This document shows, in pieces, positions 48,692 through 59,580 of a stretch of 64,000 nucleotides of DNA (its first letter is position 1; each line of letters starts with the position of its first letter). The notes under the pieces are model-generated. The model worked only from the letters and a program-made list of their open reading frames with translations. It had not been told where the DNA came from and searched no databases. The stretch spans positions 62,001 to 126,000 of the IMG/VR virus record IMGVR_UViG_3300009184_000029, one strand, 5' to 3'. The position numbers and the translations under genes were made by a program.

Positions 48692-50899
48692 ATGGCTCAA
48701 CAGAATATAAACCAATATAATTTTAAAAAATGGTACATCAAACCTATACAAAATACGTTTGATATATCGTTAGCTTCAGATGAGATTGATTACCAAGAAG
48801 AGGTGTTATTTTCAAATAAAATAATATCAAGTTCTGACGGTAATAAATTACCAATTTATTTTGATTTAAACTCATATTACAGTAGTCAAAAACTACAATT
48901 AAATTACGGAGAGTTTAAGAGTGGTAACACCTTAATATCTATTAATTATTATAACCCAAATGGGGATAATTTAAATTGTTATTCCTCAACAACTTTATGT
49001 GATATTGGATTAACAGGTATTGATAACGGACTTGTAGATAGTATGTCTGGACAATCGATAAGTTATATGATGGGGTTGTTACCTTTAACTGAACAATTTA
49101 AAAGAGACAAATTCGATAGAAGATTAAAATTATCACAAATTACAGGATATACTTCTTTACCAAATATTAGATTTTCCGCAAATACTGCAACGACATTATA
49201 TGATGTTGTATCTAAATCATCAAGTAGTATTGGTTATTATAATCAATTATATGGTGGATTTTATCAGGGATTTTATAAATTATTTGGATATGATTATGAG
49301 GTTTTTCCTGAAAGAACAAATAAAGGATGGTCTGTTGAGATGTTACTTAGACCAAGACAAGAGTCTCAGTATTCTCCAAATGAGGACCAAACAACATTAA
49401 ATCAGGTTTATCCTTATAATAAAAATACTTTCTTTTATTTTGGGTCAAGAGCTGAAAATAAATTTTATCATTATGCATCAGGTTCACCATCTTCAGATAG
49501 TGGATATACAAGAGTTACTGAAAGTTTAGTTGATTTAAAAACTTGTGCTTGTTCAAACACAGGAGTTACAAATTCGAGATGTATTAATGTATACGAACCT
49601 GTAACTTATGAACCGCAATATAACACAAATTGTTCTTGTTGCGGAACCACAGAAGTTGCTCGTCCTGAAAAAGACCCATTATTTGACAGTATGTCAAATT
49701 CATTATCTTTTAGATTATCAGGAGACCCAGCAAATCCAAAAATATGTGTTAAAGTTTTAAAATTCACAGGTGATTGTTCAGTAACAGGTACTTGTCCAAA
49801 TACAGGAATAACATATACCACAGGATACACGATTACTGAATATTGTTCGACTAAAACAATATATGAATATTGTGAGGTTGAGAATCCTTTATATTTGAAT
49901 AAGGAACACTGGTTCCATTTAACTGCGGTTTGGAGTAGAAACGCTTATTTTGATAAGTGTGATTTAGTATATAAAGGAGGGTTAGGTACAATATCTAAAG
50001 AATATTTTGCGGATAGTTTATCTAATGATACGGTGTTATTAATTGAACCTCCAATAACCTCAGGTCAAAAAGTTGCAGAAAAAGTTGAGATAGTTAATTT
50101 AAATGAAGAATGGTTAATACAAAAAGATAGTAGATTAGGTGCATTAAAATTATATGTTAATGGTGAATTATTTTACGTTATAAATGGATTTGAGGAGGTA
50201 ATACCAAGAGGACTTAATACTGAAAAGGAAAAACAACTTGGAGTACCTTTTAACATATCTTGGGGAGGAGGGACTCAAGGACTTAGGGAGAACCTTACAT
50301 TTTCAGGTGTCAATTCTTCAATTTATATCCAAGACCCTGAATTATTTCCAAATAGTACTTTATCAGCGTCTACATTATCAGGGATAACAACTAATATATT
50401 AATCGAAGAAAATTTTGGTGGTAGTTTTGATGGAGCAATTTCACAATTTAGAATGTATAGTGAACCTCTTAACTATCCTGAAATTATTCACAATTTTGAG
50501 ATATTAAAAAATAAATTTAATCTTTTTGATTACAGATGTCCTGATTGTAATGATGACTTGGTTAATGATATTACAAGTTCAGTTAGTGACTTAGGATTTA
50601 TTTCATTCTCATCTAATACATTTTCAGCATTAACGTATACGTTGTATTTCATACCTGAAGATGAAGTAAATAGAATTACAATATCTGAAGAAACATCAAT
50701 ACCGACATTTCCATCATCTTACGATATAACACAACCACCAATATCCCCATTTTTAGGGGCTGGCGACTATTATTTTTATTTTGACTTAATAGACCAAACA
50801 CTAAAAGTTACAAATCCAACAAACTACTTTGGTGAAGCAATCTTAATCGGTGGTGATTTTTATTTAGTTGACGGAAATGGGGATTACATTATAATTTAA
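48692..50899 (+). CDS. virion protein with LamG/concanavalin-like domain
   Basis: WFHLTAVW, LKLYVNGEL, FDGAISQFRMYSEPL; Cys-rich inserts. Confidence 0.65.
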   Translation: MAQQNINQYNFKKWYIKPIQNTFDISLASDEIDYQEEVLFSNKIISSSDGNKLPIYFDLNSYYSSQKLQLNYGEFKSGNTLISINYYNPNGDNLNCYSSTTLCDIGLTGIDNGLVDSMSGQSISYMMGLLPLTEQFKRDKFDRRLKLSQITGYTSLPNIRFSANTATTLYDVVSKSSSSIGYYNQLYGGFYQGFYKLFGYDYEVFPERTNKGWSVEMLLRPRQESQYSPNEDQTTLNQVYPYNKNTFFYFGSRAENKFYHYASGSPSSDSGYTRVTESLVDLKTCACSNTGVTNSRCINVYEPVTYEPQYNTNCSCCGTTEVARPEKDPLFDSMSNSLSFRLSGDPANPKICVKVLKFTGDCSVTGTCPNTGITYTTGYTITEYCSTKTIYEYCEVENPLYLNKEHWFHLTAVWSRNAYFDKCDLVYKGGLGTISKEYFADSLSNDTVLLIEPPITSGQKVAEKVEIVNLNEEWLIQKDSRLGALKLYVNGELFYVINGFEEVIPRGLNTEKEKQLGVPFNISWGGGTQGLRENLTFSGVNSSIYIQDPELFPNSTLSASTLSGITTNILIEENFGGSFDGAISQFRMYSEPLNYPEIIHNFEILKNKFNLFDYRCPDCNDDLVNDITSSVSDLGFISFSSNTFSALTYTLYFIPEDEVNRITISEETSIPTFPSSYDITQPPISPFLGAGDYYFYFDLIDQTLKVTNPTNYFGEAILIGGDFYLVDGNGDYIII

Positions 50900-50902
50900 A
50901 AG

Positions 50903-50910
50903 TATTTATA
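50903..50910 (+). promoter_or_regulatory. TATTTATA upstream motif
   Basis: Exact motif 4 nt before tail fibre ATG. Confidence 0.55.
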
Positions 50911-50914
50911 AAAT

Positions 50915-53900
50915 ATGGCACAAGGAAAAACAATAACACAATTACCCTTAATATTAAGTGCGGATAGTTCGTCTAGCACAATTATCGTAAAAGATGGAGT
51001 TACAAGTCAAATACAGTACTCGGCTTTAACAGTTAGTCCTGAAGTATTTCAGACTACAGTTGATTCTAAACTTGGTTTAACAGGAGGTACAGTTGACGGA
51101 CAGGTACAAATAGTATCATCTTTAAGTTCTGAAGTACCGGGACAATCTTCACAATTACTACCAACAACAGGATGGACATCAAATGGATGGACTGGTAATT
51201 TTACAACAGGATTTACTCATACAACAGGTAATACTACAACATTAGTAAGTACATATTCAGCAAGTCCTGCTACAACATATGTACTTAAATACGATATAAT
51301 ACCCACAAACACAACATATGATATATATTTTGGACAAAATGGAGAGTATTTAAATACTAGTTTAAACGTTACAAATACAGTCGGATGCTCAAGTAATAAA
51401 GAAGTAAACGCTGGATTTATATGTTACGATGGTTTCCAAGTAAAATATTTTATTACTAATGATGCCAAATCAGGTACTCAATGTATTAATGGAAATTGTC
51501 CAAAAGGATTTAAATGTGAAGGTGGGGAATGTGTTGTTGATTTAGATTCGGGCGTGTGGTCTGAAAAATATGTTGGGTATGATTGTGCAAAAGTTGTTGC
51601 AAGTCCTTGTACATACGCAACTGCAGTTAATATAGGATGTCATACTTGTTGTAATGCGAGACCAATACCTGTAATATGTGACGGACAACAACAAATTATT
51701 GGATACGTTAATGAGTGTGCATTATACGGACCTTCTAAAAGTACAACATACTCAGGTCCAAATGGTATAATATATACCGAATTACTTGAGGAATTTATTG
51801 ATAATATAACTTTTAATGACACATTTAGAGGACGTATAAATTACGGTTCTTCTTGTGACGGTAACGCCGATTGCGGACCGGGTTATGTTTGTCTAAACGG
51901 ATATTGTGTTAGACAAATTATAACATCATCAATGATTTCAGGATTAGAATGTGCTTCAAGTACTTATTGTCCACAAGGATTTACATGTAATAATGGTAAT
52001 TGTGAACCTGATTTAGCATCAGGATTTTGGATTGAAATTGGAGAAAAACCGGGAGGATATCCAATATACCAAGGACCAGGTGGAGTTGAACTTCACACAG
52101 GATGGGATGAAGGGGAAGGATATGCATTATATGAAAATCCAAATAGTTATGTTGGAGAATATAGACAAACTTGTTCAATAAATAACGATTGTCCAAAAGG
52201 TTTTATATGTGTTGATGGATATTGTGTTAAATTAATACAAACATCAAACTTGTTCAATGGAATGAGTAACAAAGGGGTTTGTGGATGTCCAACAGGATAT
52301 AAAACCAATCCTGTTTATCCATATACAGCAACAACATCTTGTTTTGCGGATTTAGAAAGTGGTTATTGGACAAATGTTGGCACAAGTTCAAATAACGCAA
52401 ATGGAACAGTAACAATAAGTTTTGGTGGAATATCTGCAACAACAAATACTTCAGGAAGTATTGGAGTTTATGCTAAAGATTATTCACCATTAAGAGTCAC
52501 TCCGACCAGTAATTTTGACGGTTTATTATTGACGTACTTGAGAGAAGTTACGGGAACAACAACGTCAACATTTACATTGTCTGATGGAAACTCCGCAAAT
52601 GTTACACAACTTAGAGGTGGTACCGCAAATTTATATAATAATTTTATAGGTGTTGATTCAGGTAATCAAAATATAAGTGGACAAAGAAATTTATCTTTAG
52701 GACAAAACACATTAACAAGTAATGTTAGTGGAAGTAAAAACGTATCAATTGGAGTTGATAGTTTAAAATCAATAGTTGCGTCTGATTCTAATATTGCAAT
52801 CGGTGACTCGGCATTATTAAATAATGGATATGGTTCCAATAACGTCGCAATAGGTACAAATTCAATGTTGGTGGATAAAGACCCTAATTGTTCAGTGGCA
52901 ATAGGGGATAATTCATTAGCAAATAACTCAGAAATTGATGGTAATGTTGCAATAGGATGTTCTGCAGGTGAAAAAAGTAATGTACCAAACACTGTTTATA
53001 TTGGAGCAAGGTCAGGACTTATTGATTTGGGAGAAGGGTCAACATTTGTTGGTTATGAAAGTGGTTTAAATAACATAGGAAATTATAACACTTTTTTAGG
53101 TAATTTAGCCGGATATAGTAATACATCGGGAGACAATCTAACATTTATAGGATATAATTCGGGATTAAATAATACTTCGGGGTCTGAAAATACATTTATC
53201 GGTTCTGAATCAGGAGTTTATAATCAAGACGGAATTCGTAATGTTGCTATAGGTTCTTATGCCGGGGCATTTACATTGGATGGGGTTACTGAAAACACGT
53301 CACCAAACCGTTCGGTTTATATTGGTAGTAATACAAAATCATTTAATGTTAATGATACAAATTCAATAGTAATTGGTTTTGGAGCTGAAAGTCAGGGTGA
53401 TAATACTGTTGTTATTGGTAATGACAATACTGAAACAATATATTTAAATGGTGATTTAAATGTTACCGGAGCAGACTCAACATCATTTAATGTTAATGAC
53501 TTTGGAATAAATTCAACTGATGTAATAACATTAGTCACCGATTCTTTATCTATTCAAGATAGTCAGGGTGACGGTTATCATTTAACAACAAATAGTGGTC
53601 AAAATGGTCAAGTTTTAACATATACTAACGGAAATGCCATTTGGCAAAACACATCTGGAGATGGAAATGTTACAGGCTCAGGCACTTTAAATTATATACC
53701 AAAATGGTCAGGTTCAACTGGGTTACGTAATAGTGTAATTTTTGATAATGGTTCATTTGTCAGTGTCGGATATAACAATTTACTTACTTCATTTATAGTA
53801 TCCGCAAACACATTTAACATAGGAAAAGGTGGTAGCACTTCATCAAGAGCATTATTCATGGGAAAATCAATCCCATCAACATGGCTAGGTTCAGATAGTT

Positions 53901-55045
53901 GTGGTCAGTTTGATTTTAACAATCCTGGTGGTGACCAAGGAGTTGTTATTAGAACAAATGCGGGATATGTTGGCACCGGAGGAACACCTGTTGCAGGAGG
54001 AATTATTTCAGTTCAGGGTAATGCTAAAGGTTTAATATTTGCGGGTAATCCTATAGAGGAAAACCATTTAGTTATTGATAGTTTTGGTAAAGTTGGTATT
54101 GGTACAAATATACCAGTTTCTAAATTAGACGTTAGTGTTACGGCAAATACTATCGGTGTGAGAATATCAGGTAATAGTGACTCAGAGATGTTAAGAATTA
54201 CACAGACAGGTAATGGGAACGCATTTGTGGTCGAAGATTCCTCAAATCCTGACTCAACTCCATTTGTTATAACATCGGGAGGTACTGTGGGTATTGGTAT
54301 TGATTCACCATTACATGGATATAAATTACATGTCAGGGACGGAGCTGCAACAAATAGTATTGGAATTAGCGGTACAATGTCCGTATTTGAAAGTACTGGA
54401 AATACATATGTGAGTATTTTAAGTCCAAATGCAAATACCTCAGGTATTGCATTTGGTACTGATGAGTTACGTAGTGCGTCCTATCTTAGATGGAGTTACA
54501 CTAATAACCAAATGTCTTTATCTACTAATAGAACGGGGGCAACTTTATCTTTTTCTACCGATAACGAACAGCAGAGAATGTTAATAACATCAGGAGGAAG
54601 TGTGGGTATCGGAACTTCATCACCATCAACAACTTTACATGTTTCGGCAAGTACAAACCCTGTTAGATTTGAAGGTTTACAAACAAACACAGGAGCAACT
54701 AAAACAGTAATTGCAGATAATAACGGAGTTCTTTATACTGAAACCAAACCTAAAAAATATGTTGCGTTATTAACACAAACAGGTACAAGTGCTCCAACCG
54801 CGATTGTTTTAGAAAATACATTAGGTAATATCACATTTAGTTATTTTCAAACTGGCAAATATACAGTAACCGCAACTGGATTGTTAACATTAAATAAAAC
54901 AACAGTTATTACAGGAGGAGCGGTTTGTGCTATAGATACATTAACTGCGAATGGGTTTAATTTATCATCATACAGTATGCCACCAGTTGCTAACGCTAAT
55001 GGAATACTGAATAACTCAACTATTGAGATTAGCGTTTATCCGTAA
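50915..55045 (+). CDS. long tail fibre / adhesin with Cys-rich repeats and YadA-head-like repeats
   Basis: Gly/Thr/Asn-rich; N..IG..S repeats at about 52640-53450; VGIGT motifs; C-terminal KKYVALLTQTGTSAP domain. Confidence 0.82.
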   Translation: MAQGKTITQLPLILSADSSSSTIIVKDGVTSQIQYSALTVSPEVFQTTVDSKLGLTGGTVDGQVQIVSSLSSEVPGQSSQLLPTTGWTSNGWTGNFTTGFTHTTGNTTTLVSTYSASPATTYVLKYDIIPTNTTYDIYFGQNGEYLNTSLNVTNTVGCSSNKEVNAGFICYDGFQVKYFITNDAKSGTQCINGNCPKGFKCEGGECVVDLDSGVWSEKYVGYDCAKVVASPCTYATAVNIGCHTCCNARPIPVICDGQQQIIGYVNECALYGPSKSTTYSGPNGIIYTELLEEFIDNITFNDTFRGRINYGSSCDGNADCGPGYVCLNGYCVRQIITSSMISGLECASSTYCPQGFTCNNGNCEPDLASGFWIEIGEKPGGYPIYQGPGGVELHTGWDEGEGYALYENPNSYVGEYRQTCSINNDCPKGFICVDGYCVKLIQTSNLFNGMSNKGVCGCPTGYKTNPVYPYTATTSCFADLESGYWTNVGTSSNNANGTVTISFGGISATTNTSGSIGVYAKDYSPLRVTPTSNFDGLLLTYLREVTGTTTSTFTLSDGNSANVTQLRGGTANLYNNFIGVDSGNQNISGQRNLSLGQNTLTSNVSGSKNVSIGVDSLKSIVASDSNIAIGDSALLNNGYGSNNVAIGTNSMLVDKDPNCSVAIGDNSLANNSEIDGNVAIGCSAGEKSNVPNTVYIGARSGLIDLGEGSTFVGYESGLNNIGNYNTFLGNLAGYSNTSGDNLTFIGYNSGLNNTSGSENTFIGSESGVYNQDGIRNVAIGSYAGAFTLDGVTENTSPNRSVYIGSNTKSFNVNDTNSIVIGFGAESQGDNTVVIGNDNTETIYLNGDLNVTGADSTSFNVNDFGINSTDVITLVTDSLSIQDSQGDGYHLTTNSGQNGQVLTYTNGNAIWQNTSGDGNVTGSGTLNYIPKWSGSTGLRNSVIFDNGSFVSVGYNNLLTSFIVSANTFNIGKGGSTSSRALFMGKSIPSTWLGSDSCGQFDFNNPGGDQGVVIRTNAGYVGTGGTPVAGGIISVQGNAKGLIFAGNPIEENHLVIDSFGKVGIGTNIPVSKLDVSVTANTIGVRISGNSDSEMLRITQTGNGNAFVVEDSSNPDSTPFVITSGGTVGIGIDSPLHGYKLHVRDGAATNSIGISGTMSVFESTGNTYVSILSPNANTSGIAFGTDELRSASYLRWSYTNNQMSLSTNRTGATLSFSTDNEQQRMLITSGGSVGIGTSSPSTTLHVSASTNPVRFEGLQTNTGATKTVIADNNGVLYTETKPKKYVALLTQTGTSAPTAIVLENTLGNITFSYFQTGKYTVTATGLLTLNKTTVITGGAVCAIDTLTANGFNLSSYSMPPVANANGILNNSTIEISVYP
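51482..52370 (+). repeat. protein-level C-x4/5-C-x5-C-x4-C repeats (4 full plus 1 variant)
   Basis: CINGNCPKGFKCEGGEC; CDGNADCGPGYVCLNGYC; CASSTYCPQGFTCNNGNC; CSINNDCPKGFICVDGYC. Confidence 0.88.
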
Positions 55046-55098
55046 AATCTATTTATTAGTTTTGTTGTAATTGTATATTATATTCATAATTTAAAATT

Positions 55099-56343
55099 AT
55101 GAAAATTTTTATACAAGTCGCGTCTTATCGTGACCCTCAGTTATTACCTACAATTAATTCTGCGATAGAAAATGCAAAAAAACCAAATAATTTGGTATTT
55201 GGAATCGCTAGACAATTTAAAGAAGACGATGGTTTTGATAACTTAGATGAGTATTCTAAAGATAAAAGATTTAGAATTTTAAACATACCATATAATGAAT
55301 CAAAGGGTGCGTGTTGGGCTAGAAATCAAATCCAACAATTACATAAGGGTGAAAAATATACATTACAGATTGATTCTCATATGAGATTCGCCCCTAATTG
55401 GGACGAAGAAATGATAAAAATGGTTAAATCTTTACAAAAAAAAGGTCACAAAAAACCATTATTAACGGGATATGTTTCATCATTTGACCCTGAAAATGAC
55501 CCTGAAAGTAGAGTTAAAGAACCATGGAGAATGGTTTTTGATAGGTTTATTCCTGAAGGGGCTGTATTCTTTTTACCCGAAACAATACCAAATTACCAAG
55601 ATTTAACTGAACCAATTCCCGCTAGATTTTATTCTGCACATTTTTGTTTTACATTAGGGGAGTTTGCAAAAGAGGTCCAACACGACCCTGAATTTTATTT
55701 TCATGGTGAAGAAATCTCAATATCTGCTAGAGCATATACCCATGGTTATGACTTATTTCACCCTCATAAAACATTAATTTGGCACGAATATACTAGAAAA
55801 GGTAGGACAAAACAGTGGGATGATGACGGTAAATGGGTTGAAAAAAATAACCATTGTCATAAAAAGAATAGGTCTTTATTTGGAATGGATGATGAAAATG
55901 AAATGGAACATGGGATTTATGGGTTTGGAAAAGATAGAAGTTTAAGGGATTATGAAAAATATTCAGGGTTACTTTTTTCAAAAAGAGCGGTACAACAATA
56001 TACATTAGATAAGAATTATCCTCCAAATCCTTATAATTTTGATAATGAAGACGATTGGTTAAATTCATTCTCATCAATATTCAAGCATTGTATAGACGTA
56101 CAATATTCAAGTGTACCTGAAAGAGATTATGATTTTTGGGCAGTTGCATTTCATGGTGATAATGATGATACAATATATCGTAAAGATTGTGATGAAAGAG
56201 AGATTCAATCTTTCTTTAGAGACCCTGATGGGTATTGTAAAATATGGAGAGAATTCCCAACTCTAACTAAACCAAAATATTGGGTAGTTTGGCCACATTC
56301 TAAATCAAAAGGATGGGGTGAAAGATTAACAGGTAATTTATAA
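55099..56343 (+). CDS. GT60-type polypeptide/hydroxyproline alpha-GlcNAc transferase-like
   Basis: IFIQVASYRD, GACWAR, LQIDSHMRF..NWD, GEEI..SARAYTHGYD.FHP, WHEYTR. Confidence 0.85.
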   Translation: MKIFIQVASYRDPQLLPTINSAIENAKKPNNLVFGIARQFKEDDGFDNLDEYSKDKRFRILNIPYNESKGACWARNQIQQLHKGEKYTLQIDSHMRFAPNWDEEMIKMVKSLQKKGHKKPLLTGYVSSFDPENDPESRVKEPWRMVFDRFIPEGAVFFLPETIPNYQDLTEPIPARFYSAHFCFTLGEFAKEVQHDPEFYFHGEEISISARAYTHGYDLFHPHKTLIWHEYTRKGRTKQWDDDGKWVEKNNHCHKKNRSLFGMDDENEMEHGIYGFGKDRSLRDYEKYSGLLFSKRAVQQYTLDKNYPPNPYNFDNEDDWLNSFSSIFKHCIDVQYSSVPERDYDFWAVAFHGDNDDTIYRKDCDEREIQSFFRDPDGYCKIWREFPTLTKPKYWVVWPHSKSKGWGERLTGNL

Positions 56344-56347
56344 TTTT

Positions 56348-57067
56348 ATGAAAAAAGTAATATGTTTTAGTTTATGGGGTAATGATTATAGGTATTTGGG
56401 GGGTGCGTTACAAAATGTGGAACTTGCCAAATATTATTATCCTGATTGGATTTGCAGATTTTATCTTGGTAAATCAACAAATGAAAAATTTAAAAATATT
56501 TTAAAAGGTTTTGATAATGTTGAAATAATTGAAATGGATGAGGATGGTGATTGGAGAGGAATGTTTTGGAGATTCTTTGCTGCTTCAGATGATTCAGTTG
56601 ATGTTATGATGTCAAGAGATGCTGATAGTAGAATACATAAAAGAGAAGTCGAAGCGGTTAAAGAATGGTTAAATTCGGATAAACAATTTCATATCATGAG
56701 AGACCACCAATATCATAGTGTACCATTACTTGGTGGAATGTGGGGAGTTAAGAAAGGAGTTTTAAATGGTATTGTCGATGAAATAAAAGAATACAATGGA
56801 GGTGACTTTTGGCAAGTTGACCAAAATTTCCTTAGAGAGAAAATTTTTGATAAAGTAGTTAATGATTCTTTTGTACACGATGAAATGCATAGATATGTTG
56901 TTGATTCAAATAGATATCCAAATACTACAAGAAATCCAAGTCATTTTGTGGGTCAAGCATATAATGGTGATGGGAAGATATTAGATGCTCCTGAACATTT
57001 TAATGATTTTCTTTTCGAATTAGAAAATTTTAAATTAAAAATTTATGAGGAGTCAGAATTAAAATGA
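56348..57067 (+). CDS. putative GT-A-like protein (FSLWG / RDADSR family)
   Basis: CFSLWG, MFWRF, SRDADSR, HIMRDH, LLGGMWG. Confidence 0.55.
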   Translation: MKKVICFSLWGNDYRYLGGALQNVELAKYYYPDWICRFYLGKSTNEKFKNILKGFDNVEIIEMDEDGDWRGMFWRFFAASDDSVDVMMSRDADSRIHKREVEAVKEWLNSDKQFHIMRDHQYHSVPLLGGMWGVKKGVLNGIVDEIKEYNGGDFWQVDQNFLREKIFDKVVNDSFVHDEMHRYVVDSNRYPNTTRNPSHFVGQAYNGDGKILDAPEHFNDFLFELENFKLKIYEESELK

Positions 57068-58008
57068 TAAAAATTAAATTAGAGTGCTGGTGGACTAATT
57101 CTTCAACACTTAAAGATAGATTCATTAAACAGTTTGTCCCAAACTCAGACCTTTCATTATATGAGTTTGTTGATAACAATCCTGATTTTACAATAGTTTT
57201 TGGTAAAACTGAGTTTGATAAAATTGAGACTCCAAAAAGTAGAACTTTTTATATATCTCAAGAACCATTATGGTCACCAAATGAAAAAAGAGATGTTTGG
57301 GATTATTGTTCAAAAATATTAATATCTGACAAGTCAATATTTGAAAATAGAGAAGAATACATTGAAATTTTATTACCGATGTTTTATGCGGGTCATGGTG
57401 AATATCATGAAGATAAAAACTATGACTGGGGTATGTTTTTAAAGGATGAAAAATTTAATAAGACAAAATCAACATCAGTTATTGTTAGAAAAGACTATGC
57501 TAGTTATTGGGACCATTTAGAAATTAAAGACGTTTCAAAAATTATATATAAATTAAGAACTGATTTAGGTGTTAAATTATCTGAAAATAAAGAAATAGAT
57601 ATATTTGGAACTCATTGGGAAAACAATGGTGAAAATATATTTGGGGCGGCTTGGAACAAAAGAGTTGCTCTCAATGAATATAGATTTTCTTTCTGTTCTG
57701 AAAATTCAATACAAAAAAACTATATAAGTGAAAAATTTTGGGATTCGGTTCTTGTTAATACTGTACCAATTTATTTAGGGTGTTCAAATATTGATGAATA
57801 TATCCCTAACGATTATTATATTAATTTAAATCAATACGGGGATGATATTGATGTTATGTATGATTTAATATCAGATATTACAAAAAATTCAGATACTCTT
57901 TATAAGATATACGAACCAAAAATCAAAGAATTAAAAAATATGTTTTTCACTGACCAAAGGTTTAATTTATGGATAAAAATTAAAAATTTAATACATGGTA
58001 TCAATTAG
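57064..58008 (+). CDS. glycosyltransferase family 10 (alpha-1,3-fucosyltransferase-like)
   Basis: YRFSFCSENS...NYISEKFWDS......PIYLG. Confidence 0.88.
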   Translation: MIKIKLECWWTNSSTLKDRFIKQFVPNSDLSLYEFVDNNPDFTIVFGKTEFDKIETPKSRTFYISQEPLWSPNEKRDVWDYCSKILISDKSIFENREEYIEILLPMFYAGHGEYHEDKNYDWGMFLKDEKFNKTKSTSVIVRKDYASYWDHLEIKDVSKIIYKLRTDLGVKLSENKEIDIFGTHWENNGENIFGAAWNKRVALNEYRFSFCSENSIQKNYISEKFWDSVLVNTVPIYLGCSNIDEYIPNDYYINLNQYGDDIDVMYDLISDITKNSDTLYKIYEPKIKELKNMFFTDQRFNLWIKIKNLIHGIN

Positions 58009-58708
58009 TTTAAATATGAAGTTTTGGGATGACGGAAAGGAGGATTCAACAAGAGTTAGAAACGTCTTATTTTCGTGGGGGGAATTAAAAAAATTATCAT
58101 CATTTCTTTTTGAGAATGGTGTGTTACCTAAATCAACCCTTTATGATTTTTCAGAAAAAAGAATTATCCCTGACTCAACACACATACCATATCCTTTAGG
58201 CGTTTATAAAAAGGCAGAAAAAACAAACATAATTTTAAACCAACGAGTTGGGTATGATTTTTTTATGATGATTGATTGTGACGCTTTTTTTCACGAGGAT
58301 GATTATCCAAAATTATTAGATGTTATATTAAATTTAAAAAAAGGAGACGTGATTACTTTTGATTTGGCTAAATTACACAATAATGTTTCTGATTATTTAA
58401 TTGACAATAAATTTATTAAAGATAAATCAGATTGGGATTTTGCATATTCTGGTGATAAATCTAATGGTCCATTAAATGGAAGAATTGGTGGGTTAGGTGG
58501 TGTCTATATTTGTGATACTGATTTACTACGAAACTTAGGGGGATTTGACTCTAAATTTGAGACGTGGGGTGGTGAAGATGGAGAAATGATGGATAGAATT
58601 TTAACATCAGATATGGTAAAAAATGTAATTCCTATTAGAGATTTTTTCCCATTTCATTTACCACATTTTATCGATTGGGGTAATAAAAATTACAACAAAA
58701 ACGCATGA
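57995..58708 (+). CDS. GT7/GT2-type glycosyltransferase
   Basis: MIDCDAF (DxD), LGGFDSKFETWGGED. Confidence 0.82.
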   Translation: MVSISLNMKFWDDGKEDSTRVRNVLFSWGELKKLSSFLFENGVLPKSTLYDFSEKRIIPDSTHIPYPLGVYKKAEKTNIILNQRVGYDFFMMIDCDAFFHEDDYPKLLDVILNLKKGDVITFDLAKLHNNVSDYLIDNKFIKDKSDWDFAYSGDKSNGPLNGRIGGLGGVYICDTDLLRNLGGFDSKFETWGGEDGEMMDRILTSDMVKNVIPIRDFFPFHLPHFIDWGNKNYNKNA

Positions 58709-59580
58709 AAAAAATTAAGTTTATAACCGCAATATATAATGACCTTTTTGGTAGTGAATTTGGGGGTAGGATTAACCGACAACATCACTATAAATGGAGT
58801 TTGATTTCATTATTAAGAATGACAGACGCCGATTTTGTATGTTATACATCAAAAAGAGAACTTGATGATTTACGTAGTTTCTTCTATGAAAAGAATAACA
58901 TACCAGAAAGTCAACTTAAATTTATTGAGTTTGAATTATCAGATAAAAAAAATTTCAGTTTTATTGATGAATATAAAAATATTGAGGAAATTCGCAAATC
59001 AGACAGATGTTATGAAATACAATACAATAAGTTTTTTTGGTTCTTAAATGAGGATTTGTCTTATGAATATTATTATTGGTTAGATGCAGGATTGTCTCAT
59101 TGTGGGTTATTACCTGATAAGTACTTAACGTATTGTGATGAATATAGAGGATATTATGATTCTTATTTTTTTGATAATAATTTTTTAAATAATCTATTAG
59201 AAAAAACAAAAGAAAACATAGTTGTATTTTCAAAGGACAACCATAGAAATTTTTGGAGTGGAACAGTTCCACCTCAATATTATAATGAATACGATTCTTC
59301 AGTTCATATTATTGGTGGGTTATTTGGTGGTAAAAAAGAAAATATGAAGTGGTTTGTTGACGAATTTGATAAGATGTTAAATCTAATAACCAACGAACAA
59401 AAAAAGATATATAGTGAAGAACAAATAATGTCATTAATTTATCAAAACAATAAAAGTAAATTTAAAACATTTGATTTTGATGTATGGTGGCATGAGACAA
59501 ATGGCCCCAAAGGACTACCTGAAGATTTTTTTGTAGTTAATAAAAGTTTTTATAAATCATTAGAAGACGTTAATATATGA
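58705..59580 (+). CDS. HtrL/WlaTC-like protein
   Basis: YEIQYNKF.FL, YWLDAG, IIGGLFGG, EEQIMS. Confidence 0.75.
   Translation: MKKIKFITAIYNDLFGSEFGGRINRQHHYKWSLISLLRMTDADFVCYTSKRELDDLRSFFYEKNNIPESQLKFIEFELSDKKNFSFIDEYKNIEEIRKSDRCYEIQYNKFFWFLNEDLSYEYYYWLDAGLSHCGLLPDKYLTYCDEYRGYYDSYFFDNNFLNNLLEKTKENIVVFSKDNHRNFWSGTVPPQYYNEYDSSVHIIGGLFGGKKENMKWFVDEFDKMLNLITNEQKKIYSEEQIMSLIYQNNKSKFKTFDFDVWWHETNGPKGLPEDFFVVNKSFYKSLEDVNI

Noticed and set aside
50915-55045. Diversity-generating retroelement targeting the tail fibre
   Set aside because: No reverse transcriptase and no template/variable repeat pair differing at adenines was seen; the Cys repeats diverge at all bases.
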